The position numbers and the translations under genes are program-made. A model generated the notes under the pieces. It did not search any database, was not told the DNA's origin, and saw only the letters and a list, made by a program, of their open reading frames with translations. Positions 41,825-51,977 of a stretch of 64,000 nt of DNA are shown piece after piece; position 1 is the first letter of the stretch, and each line of letters opens with the position of its first letter. The stretch covers positions 38,586,724 to 38,650,723 of the forward strand of contig JBOZIK010000001.1 of the NCBI GenBank assembly GCA_051453625.1. Direction: 5' to 3'. This stretch comes from Welwitschia mirabilis (lineage: Eukaryota).

Positions 41825-41829
41825 GTTTC

Positions 41830-42916
41830 CATGGAAGATCTATAAATCTTACAAGTATTTTGATAGATTCATCGAATTTAAGGTGAGTTTTTTTGAAGAA
41901 GTAGACCTTAGACTTTCTTAAACTAGATGCTTAATTGTAGGAAGCACCATTTGACCTTTCTGAGGGGATGAATTAATAGAGCACTACAGTTGTTGCAGAA
42001 GTGTAGATCTGGGTGAATCTCTATGATTGAAAATGGGCCTGCATCTTTCATTTTTTGGATGATGTTTCATCACTCTTCATCTCCATGAAGAGTCTAGGAT
42101 GATCTTTGTGAAAGTTCTCTCTAATACCATCTCTAAGATGAGAAGGAAGCCTCCTTTCTGATTACCTTGAATCCAAGGAAGGCTGAAGGCCTTTCATTGA
42201 AACTAGAGATGAATCTTTAAAGTTATTCATAAAAAGCCAACGTGGTAAATCTCTAGTATTAATTCACTCAAATGAATTAGGAATAAGGTGCTGTAAAGAC
42301 TTTAAAACTTCTTCTCATTTTTAAATTCCTAGATAACGTTCTTGAATGTGATGGCTTATGGTTATCTACAGATCTTTGGAGTGTAGCAAGAATTGCAGGT
42401 TTACTTGATTTACAGATTTCACTGTCAAAAGATAATTGAATGGCTAGGATACTTCTCTAGGGTTGAAAACACTTTCTACTAAGGAACGGATGCCTATCGA
42501 ACATTTGGAAAAGCCCCATCATACAACCCATTTGCTTCTCTAACTACTTTTCCAAGTTGGAATCCTTTGGTAATATATTGACATACTTGGTAGAGATTCT
42601 TTCTTTCATTCCCACCAATGATGAATGATCTCTCTGTTGGCTTGAATTCTCCGGCTATATATTTACATATGGCCTTTATTGAGATGAATCAGCTCTTTTG
42701 CTAAGCAATGAAGCTACCAAGAGTGTTTTTATGTATTTGGCCTTTTGTTGTTGTTTTGTGCTTGACCTAGAATTTTGAAGGCATGATATGCAAGAGACGT
42801 GATAGTTTAATTACCTAACTCTTTCTTGCTTTTGGGTCTCCTCTCCATCCAACACCTTGATAGAATATGCCAAATGGACAGCCATTTTCTAGTTGGGACA
42901 ATCCCTTGATTTGCAT
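41830..42916 (-). pseudogene. Probable captured 5' part of a TRM/LONGIFOLIA-like gene
   Basis: Exon 1 MQIKGLSQLENGCPFGIFYQ (cf. LEKQIGCMTGIFQ), AG|GTAA donor near 42814, then remnants KERISTK, HLRDGIRENFHKD (cf. DLRDVVKDSMYRE) and FNHRDSPR (cf. KHRDSPR). Exon 1 also at ~31015-31110 and ~36015-36110. Family call is from motif memory only. Confidence 0.5.
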
Positions 42917-43448
42917 TAATCTTCTTATCCAACTGAATTATATGATTCTGGAAATGCATGTGAAATGGTACAATAACATGCAACTTGATTAAAAACCATT
43001 GATACTAGAAATAATTGGCACAAAACTTTGGCACATGCTAATGGTGAGTGGGTTGAAATGCTGATCGGTTGGTTGCTGATTTTCTTAAGGAGTTTGAAGA
43101 AGGATGTCATGTTATGAAAGTTGCAATTAAATATAAGATAACAAAAAATATTAAGAATGATTAATTAAATTTCCCATGATTAAAATCATTGAAGATGTTA
43201 TAGTAGAAGTAAGATAAGACTGCAATGTATGTGTCGTAGAGATTTTATGTCTCTTAATAATACATGGATTAATAGGAACTGGTTTTAAAAAAGATATTAA
43301 TAGTCTACTACAACTAATTTTTTCATTTAGTTTTTTAATTTTCTATTCTTTGAGTGCCAAATTTTTTGGTGAATAATATTAAATTTTATGTATTAAATAG
43401 TTTTTATTTGATACTATTATTGTGATCACTAGACATGCATTATAATAG

Positions 43449-43838
43449 GTTTTGCTAATATAGTAGATAGAAGGTTTGGGATCATCAAGCTTTCTTATAA
43501 TAAGAATAAATCCTACATTGGCACATGTGATGGCTTTTCTGTTTAGTCTACTGTAAGTATCTTTTAGCAATCATATCATAAGTAATCTATTTTTAATGCG
43601 ACTTAAGAGAACCACATGCAATGTCTTTAAATAATTTTCTTCTTTTTTTTTATGTTTAAGATATTTATATTATTTTGCCTCATTCAGATATTATAAAATT
43701 AGCATAAGTATGATATGGTATTTATTATTTGTTTTTCTGACAGCTACAGTTGTTGAATCTTTACCCTTAAGTACTCAGTTAGATGATAATCTTATTGTTC
43801 CATTAGCTTCTATTCTAGCTGGCTGCTTGTTGTTTTGA
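43449..43838 (+). pseudogene. FOLK: Captured farnesol/phytol kinase last two exons (copy in third element)
   Basis: GFANIVDRRFGIIKLSYNKNKSYIG ... VVESLPLSTQLDDNLIVPLASILAGCLLF*. 11-bp deletion in the first exon. Confidence 0.88.
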
Positions 43839-44946
43839 TGTAAGAGCCTTCTAACTTTTTTGGGGTAATTTGTAATAATTTGAAATACCATCCAGAGGCA
43901 TATTCAAATCATTTTTGGGTTAGTATCACATGATCAACCAACAATGAATAGAACCATAATCTTTTGAAATCATCACATAACATATCCATTTGATTAGCTA
44001 ACAATGAATAGAATCATGATCTTTTGAAAAACATCATTTTTGGGTTAAGTTTGTTTTTCCTATACATTTTTGGTAACCTTGTGGAATCTTTTCCTTATTG
44101 ACTTTTCTCAAGAATGTTATAAAAACTTAAACTTATCTTTAAAATCAAAGAGATGAATCAAAAATTCAATGTAATTGAAAGTAAAAACATAGTTTTGTTT
44201 ACTTTGGTTTTACGCGTAGAACATTTTAATGGAAGACCTCTACTTACTAACTTCTGCTTGTTAAGCATTGATGTTTTTCTATGATGAAGATTTCCTTTTC
44301 CTGATTATGAAAGAAAGATTTTATTTCTTTTCCATTTATAGGTATTTCATATAAATGATTGGTCTTATTTATCTTGTTATTTTTCTTTTCCTTCTCTTGT
44401 TTTCACTTTTTTTCTTTTCTAGCATCATTCGCTAAATATCTTTACCTATTTGCTTTTATAGGCTATAGAATTTTGTAATAGACATTGTGCTTTACACGTA
44501 CTCAAGTGCCAGAAGTAGCCTTTTAGCTACACCTCTATCAATTTTACTGTGCCATGTTTTGAATTGGGAATCTGGTGCATGTGCCTCCTTGAAGCTAGAA
44601 CTTTTTGTTTTGGAATCAAAAGACTCAGATACATAGAAATTATAGATAAACATCAAAGCTTGTGAACAATCATTAAACATCTAGTAATATATGAATTTCT
44701 TATCTTAAAATAATCAAAAAGATACCTAGTCAAAGCATCTCTTTTTTTTATTCTACTCTGAAATGGATGAGAATATTAAGGTGGTAGAAAAAGGGAACAT
44801 GTTTGATTAGTTTAAAGATCATTTATAGGTAGTAGATCCCAACTTTAAGACAGATTCGTAGAGGGCATTTTACTTAAAAGACTAAAATGTTTGGTTGAGA
44901 TGGCCTTTTTAATCATTGTAATTAAGTTTTTTTAATGTCAAAACTA

Positions 44947-45617
44947 GAATTCTTAGTGTTTTTAGAGTCACTGATGGAAACCTCAAGCCCCTTCTCTTAG
45001 AATTCACAAATGAAGAAAATACAATTNNNNNNNNNNAAGAGGAGGATAAAGTAAGATAAGAGATAAAACCTCTTCTTGTTAATAATCTTAGAAGGATTCT
45101 AATGATGGCTAAAAATAAGGAAATTACTTTGCATAAGATAGACCAGATCAAACATGAAATGGAATTACTTTAATATTTTTAGGAATTGTTGATACTGAAG
45201 CATCCTAATTTCTTCAGACTTGCAATAGGTAGTGATATAGAACCTTTTTTGGTTCTTAGAGAGTGGGATCCTCGATTGGCAGTAAGTGCTAGAGAAGTAT
45301 ATGTAAATGGAAATACACAGATTCTAAGCCTAGAAGGAGACAATTTGAAATTACGGTAAAATAGCAGAATTTGCCTTTTACTTCTTCTTATAGTTATCCA
45401 AATCAACTAGATCCCAAAACACTACAACTTAGAAGGGAGAAGAGACTTACTACAGTTAAGTTGAATATGTTTCATTTTGAGTTCAGGTTGTCTACTAGGC
45501 TACTAGATATCATTGTTAGGCATAACGGTGTATTCTACATGATCAGTAAAGGTTCAGATTGTCTACTAGGCTACTAGCTACCATTTTAGGCATAATGTAT
45601 TTCTCAAAGAGGCTTAA
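44947..45617 (+). pseudogene. Captured PORR (plant organelle RNA recognition; WTF1/RPD1/WTF9 family) domain fragment
   Basis: EEDKVR*EIKPLLVNNLRRILMMAKNKEITLHKI ... LKHPNFF ... LVLREWDPRLAVSARE ... LDPKT ... EKRLTTVKLNMFHFEFRLSTRLLDIIVRHNGVFYMISKG ... FLKEA. Internal deletions and stops. Confidence 0.85.
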
Positions 45618-46109
45618 GAATAAAATGAGGTAATTTATAAATGCCCATTTTTGGAATTCTATGAGCTATTTTTTTTTAACTTAATGGGAAAAAGGAATTT
45701 CATGTGGAAAGTGTCAATTCATGCATTGAGTTTAAAAGGGTGTGGGATCTTTAGTGGCTTTCAAGTACCAAATATAATGTGTGGCTCTTGACTGGGTGAC
45801 AGTGCTCTAGTTATCTACACTTCCCAAGATTAAGGGATCCTAGGGTCTTCAGAGCCGATAATCACAATGGGAAAAATTAATGCTATAGATGACTATGCTA
45901 TTTTGAGATCTTCCTATTGTAGCACTAGCACTAGCATGTGCATGATACCAAAGTGGTAATTTCCAATTCTTTTTGGCCAAAATCTGTATTTTGTAGTACC
46001 AATGCAAATAGATTTACCTCCTCTCTAAGGCATTATTTTAAAAAAATAAAATAAAATAAATAAATATTTCTATATGGTATTGAATTTAAAATATTATTTT
46101 CTATGTGAC

Positions 46110-46406
46110 ACCTTTTAAGGAATTTATTTAATAAAATGCCTCAAAATGGCTTATGCAGTGTTTATACTATTGAGCATCTTAAAAGTTCTTTTAAGGTGTT
46201 TTTTATCAAAAGGTCTTTTATAGCATTTTTTTGAAAGATGCCTCAAAGGAAATTTTAAGGCATTTATATTAAAACACCTTAGAAACACCTTAAGGTGAGG
46301 TTTCTTAAAGAATTTTGTAAAAAAACTCCTTAAAAGCATTTAAGGCATTCTTAAGACGTTCTAAGACATTTTAGAAATGCCTTAAAATCCTATATTTCTT
46401 GTAGTG
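46110..46406 (+). repeat. CACTA right subterminal repeats and TIR
   Basis: Same motif family, ending TTTCTTGTAGTG. Confidence 0.9.
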
Positions 46407-46409
46407 TGT

Positions 46410-47453
46410 ATATGTGATAGGTTTTAGGCCCAGATGTCCCCACTCAAATAGGGTAAATGTTCCCTCTTCTTATAGGAAACATGATTAACAGTTCTCAGGT
46501 GTGGACATTCCTACTCCAAATAGCCTAGATGTTTCCCCTCCATTTAGCTTTTTCCCAGTCTGCAACTGTGATAGTGCAAACATCCATTCCTTTCCAAGGT
46601 GGATGTCCCTATACTCCCAGTAGTATGAACATTCATACTACTTTGAGGATGGACATTTTCCCCCTAGGAATGAGGACGTTCCCAATTCTAAAGGCCAACA
46701 TTCTTCCTTTGAACCAGTGTAAAAATGGTCTTCTTTAAGAAAATTCGTGGTAATTTTTAATGGCTATTATCTTCTGGCATGCCATTTAATCACATTACAA
46801 ATACGAATTTAATTAGGAAATCAAATTATCATGTATTTGGATCATCATTTAGGATTTCCCTTTAGCAGCTATTTTTCACTTCTTTTTAAAAGGAGAAAAA
46901 ACTACTTTGTTAGGGTTAACAAAAATACAAATACATATACGATTTTGTAAAGTAAACTAGAACCAATCTTTGGTGATATGTATGGACTTAGTAATTCTAT
47001 CTTGTGTATTCATTTGGATTAAATCCTACACTATTGCATCTGTGATTGAGGCACAACTCATTTTTCTCCCCTTCTATTTTTTCTGTGGTGGACTCTGACC
47101 CTTTAAAAGGCTTCAAGTGTGAGAGATTGATGATAAGCCTAGAAAATATTCACTATTGTGTAGGAGGTTGATGATAATCTTGGGAAATCATCACTATTAT
47201 ATAAGGAAGTAATAATAAGCTAGAAAATCATTAGTTCAATAGTGAAAAGGGAACCAAAGAAGATGATATCTTATCTCTTCTTGAAGAGTGGAGAAGGCAC
47301 ATCGTCAAACCACTATAAATCTTGTGGGCTAATTATTTTACTCTTTTCTCAAATTTAGTTTTTATTTATAAAGCTAATTAATTTTATTTAAGAATTTGTT
47401 TTTGAATCTAAAATTAATAATTATTCCTATTCACCTCCCCTCTAGGAATTTTA
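46410..47453 (+). repeat. 3' LTR of outer Sirevirus, remainder
   Basis: ATATGTGATAGGTTTTAGGCCCAGA continues the 5' LTR sequence ATCTATGATAGGTCTCAGGCCCAGA and aligns through to TCACCTCCCCTCTAGGAATTTTA. Confidence 0.9.
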
Positions 47454-47458
47454 CGCAA

Positions 47459-47620
47459 CACGTTAACCTCTAAATGGTTAGGTTCTTATCTTATAAAAAA
47501 AGTGCATTCCAATGGCTTAATTAAAATCTCTAATCTAAACACTAGGGAAATTAAAAAAATCAATGGACAAAGGTTAAAAAATTGTGAGTCATCTACTAAT
47601 GAATCCTTAAATATGATAGA
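47459..47620 (+). pseudogene. C-terminus of the same Athila-type integrase, resuming after the copia insertion
   Basis: LTSKWLGSYLIKKVHSNGLIKISNLNTREIKKINGQRLK matches the Athila KLKSRWSGPF...KVNGQRLK tail and directly continues GQLVLLYN at 13640-13690. Confidence 0.85.
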
Positions 47621-48829
47621 AGCACTTGTCTTATAAGCCCCTCTTAATGAGGAGGATTCTCCTCTTGTCATTGTCTAAATTCTTTTTTAACTAATTCCTT
47701 GGGTAGACATCATGCTATTACTTGAATATCTTTAACTTAACTTGTGTATTACTTTATAACATTACCATGATTAGTAATATTTTACTTAGACATCTTAAAT
47801 GATAAGATAGGATTCATCCAATCTTAAGACATGTATGTAGCTATGAACTTCATTTAGAAGGAAGATGCCTTATTTCTTTTTTCCGTTTCAATGATATAAG
47901 TAACTAATCATTTTTGCATGCTCTTACTTATTCCTCATCTCATTACTTCACTTCTATTCTTGTAAGTACTTCGTTATGTGGATTATCCAAAAAGAAAAAC
48001 GAAAAAAAATAGAGAGTTAAAAAAGGAAAAAGAAAAGAAATAAAGACCATGATCTTTCATATCTGAGCTAAAACCATGATCATCATGATTCCTATCACAA
48101 GCACACTTGGNNNNNNNNNNNNNNNNNNNNNNNNNNNNNNNNNNNNNNNNNNNNNNNNNNNNNNNNNNNNNNNNNNNNNNNNNNNNNNNNNNNNNNNNNN
48201 NNNNNNNNNNNNNNNNNNNNNNNNNNNNNNNNNNNNNNNNNNNNNNNNNNNNNNNNNNNNNNNNNNNNNNNNNNNNNNNNNNNNNNNNNNNNNNNNNNNN
48301 NNNNNNNNNNNNNNNNNNNNNNNNNNNNNNNNNNNNNNNNNNNNNNNNNNNNNNNNNNNNNNNNNNNNNNNNNNNNNNNNNNNNNNNNNNNNNNNNNNNN
48401 NNNNNNNNNNNNNNNNNNNNNNNNNNNNNNNNNNNNNNNNNNNNNNNNNNNNNNNNNNNNNNNNNNNNNNNNNNNNNNNNNNNNNNNNNNNNNNNNNNNN
48501 NNNNNNNNNNNNNNNNNNNNNNNNNNNNNNNNNNNNNNNNNNNNNNNNNNNNNNNNNNNNNNNNNNNNNNNNNNNNNNNNNNNNNNNNNNNNNNNNNNNN
48601 NNNNNNNNNNNNNNNNNNNNNNNNNNNNNNNNNNNNNNNNNNNNNNNNNNNNNNNNNNNNNNNNNNNNNNNNNNNNNNNNNNNNNNNNNNNNNNNNNNNN
48701 NNNNNNNNNNNNNNNNNNNNNNNNNNNNNNNNNNNNNNNNNNNNNNNNNNNNNNNNNNNNNNNNNNNNNNNNNNNNNNNNNNNNNNNNNNNNNNNNNNNN
48801 NNTTTCCTAAGAGGGGTCTTTGGTAGTGT

Positions 48830-50330
48830 GATATGATAGATATGGAAACCCCAATAAGAGGTCAATTGGCCATGCCATGTGGGTCCTTACTCCTCTGACA
48901 GTGGTTACACTTCCCTCATCATAATAGAATAAATTTTACTTAAAGGCTATAAGATCTGTAATGTCCTTGGTCTTATCAAAGGCATTACTTGTTTACTAGA
49001 CTTCTTTTGCATATAGTACTTTCACATGATCATTCTAATTTTTCAGATTCTAGTGTTGTTTTGATATGTGAGCTAATGAGTTTATATTTCAATAGGTTTT
49101 TATCTTATCATTTATTGTTTGATAACTTTAGACATACTTGACATTATCAAAATCGTTGCCTATTTGAATGGTACTTTATGAGTTTTTACATACTATCACA
49201 CATTTTACATCAAGCAACTTTATAATCTTTACTAAGGTAATTTGTTAGATTTAAATTTAGGGTAAGTAAACAATCTTATTTCTATTCCTAGTGATCCATT
49301 TTCATTTTTGTTTTTATTTAACTATTTTATTAGGTTCTTCAAAGTTATTTCTATACTTTTTCAAAATAATATTGTGGATCTGATCATTTAGTATTTTTTG
49401 TTGATTTTACTCATAGTTTTATCCATGAGGATTTTTATTTCTTTTTTTGTCAAGTAGTGATGATACTTTTGAGTTTTAGCTCTTACTTTTCCATGCTTAC
49501 TAAGTTTGAGCACATTTGAGGAGTCCTTTTGAGCACTAATGCTTTCTACTAGTACATTATTTTGGTCTNNNNNNNNNNCATAAATCTCTGTGCATCATAA
49601 TCATGTTTTTTAGGATTCTTCTTTACTTTTTACCTTCTCCTTGATTTTTTGTTGATTTTCTAATGCTTGCTTGTTATTTCCCTTGCTTTCAGACTTTTTC
49701 TAGTTTTTCTTATCATTTTAGCATTTCATTTAATCAGTGTTGTCCCATCTCTATCATCTCCACACTAGTAGGACAACAATCATTCTTTTAGCTCTATTTC
49801 AATCCAGAACATCTTGCTTTACCTATAGGGGAGAGGGGAAGGATATCTTTTTGAGCTTCTTCTAAGATATTGAGCAAAAAATTTAATTTTAAAATGATCA
49901 TTTTTTATCTTTCCTGATATATATTTATGATTACTTATTTGGATATGCTTTCATATTACTTAAATAAATTTTTATGATCTAGAAAGAACATATTAGCATA
50001 TTTATAGAGTTTTTTTATAGCTATGTTTTAAAACATCTAAAACATCTTGAATAAGGGAAAGAATGTTATGATTACTCTTTATACTTTTCTCTTGTAAATT
50101 ACATTAATGAACTTATATGAATCATTTTGAGTTATCACTACTTATTATTACTATCTCAAATTATAAATATAAATTATCATTTTCTAAGCTATCATTATTA
50201 GATTTTATGAATTTTTTTTATATGTGTATGACATTCATTTGTTCTATTGCAACGTGTTTAAGTAGGGAGCTTATGAATATATCAATGTTTGTTTTAGTTA
50301 ATAGGTTTTTGATGTCTATTCCTATATGGT
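48830..50330 (-). mobile_element. Possible decayed copia gag/pre-integrase remnant
   Basis: Weak minus-strand motif CESTICKRSL (cf. CESCILGKQ) near 49020; lysine-rich gag-like stretch. Confidence 0.3.
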
Positions 50331-50445
50331 AAAAACTAAACTCAAAATTACATTTTTCTAATTACTAGTTATCTTAATTAAATTGGCTTGTAATATAGTT
50401 GATTGCTTACTTTATCAGGGACTAATAATGATATGAAGGGGACTA

Positions 50446-50740
50446 TGTTATGATGCCAACTTGTAGGAATTTGATAGGGTATTTTGAGTATTTTTATAAA
50501 ACATTTATACAGGTTTAGATGTAATTCTGATACTTATGAAGAATTGATAGGATGTTCAGTGACACATGTAATTATTAGTATATTTAGAGGCATCTTAGGA
50601 TTATCTTAATACTTCATACCTTAAAGGAAAGATTAATCATTCAAAAGATTGATTTCCCTTTAATCTAAAAGATAGAGAGGCCTATTGTACCCTATGTTAT
50701 TTCCATGATAGATAGGACGATAGCAATGTGTTTAAATATA
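50446..50740 (+). repeat. Partial LTR of the Athila-like family found at 51978-58392, opposite orientation
   Basis: TGTTATGATGCCAACTTGTAGGAATTTGATAGGGTATTTTGAGT matches the rc of ~58340-58392. Confidence 0.7.
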
Positions 50741-50941
50741 ATGTAGCTTATTATTTAAAAGTTGGTTCTTAGGCCATTTGCATCATACAAATCTTATGAT
50801 CAATTAACTTGTCTTGTCAATAAAAAATTTATGTAACTAAATTTTAAACTTGAAATATTTTGATAAACTTATACACATATACATATATACATACACACAT
50901 CCCCCCTATCTAGATCCTAGAAGTTACTCTTAATTGTATGT

Positions 50942-50967
50942 ACACACACACACACACACACACACAC
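50942..50967 (+). repeat. (AC)n microsatellite running into a gap
   Basis: Direct observation. Confidence 0.95.
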
Positions 50968-51589
50968 NNNNNNNNNNNNNNNNNNNNNNNNNNNNNNNNN
51001 NNNNNNNNNNNNNNNNNNNNNNNNNNNNNNNNNNNNNNNNNNNNNNNNNNNNNNNNNNNNNNNNNNNCTACAAACAACTTAGGTTTTCACAATTCATCCT
51101 TTCCAAGCTTGACCACTCGTTGTAGACAATAATATAACAATATCTTATAAATAAATCTAAATGCATGAGAAAAATAACATGAGCAATTACTTTAGATCAC
51201 ATATCATTACTATTGCATGAACATAATATAATTGAGAAACTCTACATCAAAACTACAGTTAGTTTTTTAAAATAAGCCAAATATTAAATCTTTCACTATA
51301 ACAATGAAAACTCATGCATAAGTAAATTTCACAATTAATAAAATTTTTTAATCAATTAATTAAGGTTATAATTTGTAGTTAATCTTTTAATAAATTTTCA
51401 AGTAATAACATGCAAGTACTTTAGTTTTACTATTACTGTTATCACTAATATTATTATTTTTAAATAATTAAAAACTAGACTTATTATTATTATTAAATTT
51501 CCAAATTTAAATTAACTATCTAAATGGCTTTAGAAAGTTTTCTAACCTTAAGAAAAATCTAGACATGCTAGTAATGTAATGCACAAATT

Positions 51590-51977
51590 AAAGAAAATGT
51601 TGAATGCCTCATCTTTATGTGCAAGAATGTCTATCCATATAAAATAAGAGTAATCATTGACAATAGTTTGATAATGTCTTTTCTNNNNNNNNNNGAGTTT
51701 AATTGTAATAGTTTTTTTCTTGTTAAAACTTACCCTTGTTTGCTTTTCTTTTTGACATGTCTCACAAGCTTGATCATCAAAGCTTTATAACTTAGAATGT
51801 TCTCTTATCATATCTTTTAAGGATAAGATTTTTAGCAAGTTTTTATTTACATGCTCAAGCTTGTTATGCTGTAGCCCTATTTTATCTATAGTAGTTAACA
51901 AACACTTAGTTCTCTTGTTAGAGATATCTTATAAAGTAGTAATAAAGACATTAGATTATCTAATTCTAGTAAATACG
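51590..51977 (-). mobile_element. Copia GAG-pre-integrase/integrase fragment
   Basis: Minus strand HNKLEHVNKNLLKILSLKDMIR...CETCQK.KQTRVSF and IVNDYSYFIWIDILAHKDE. Confidence 0.75.

Larger units (their letters stand above)
28061..46406 (+). mobile_element. CACTA (En/Spm) non-autonomous compound element carrying captured gene fragments (Pack-CACTA), 18.3 kb
   Basis: Left end TACTACAAGAAAAATAGGCTTTTAAG versus right end rc CACTACAAGAAATATAGGATTTTAAG (23/26 identical). 3-bp TSD TGT (28058-28060; 46407-46409). Subterminal TTTTAAGGCATTT/AAATGCCTTAAAA repeats at both ends. The undisrupted 5' LTR shows the empty site AAAATGTATCTATGATAGG. Confidence 0.92.
13692..47453 (+). mobile_element. Sirevirus-type Ty1/copia LTR retrotransposon (outer), carrying nested insertions
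   Basis: 5' LTR 13692-14846; PBS TGGTATTAGAGC 14849-14860; gag from 14902 (RPPYFNG..NY); pol motifs 24050-27560; multiple purine tracts 27741-27906; 3' LTR 27907-28060 plus 46410-47453. TSD CACAA (13687-13691) versus CGCAA (47454-47458). Confidence 0.9.

Noticed and set aside
41830-42800. Possible NLR leucine-rich repeat on the minus strand
   Set aside because: No consistent LxxLxL periodicity; TRM-like motifs fit better.
29397-45617. Lipid/membrane functional cluster (cytochrome b5, CCT, farnesol kinase)
   Set aside because: All are partial, disrupted fragments mixed with unrelated ALY, PORR and TRM pieces. The theme is most likely chance.
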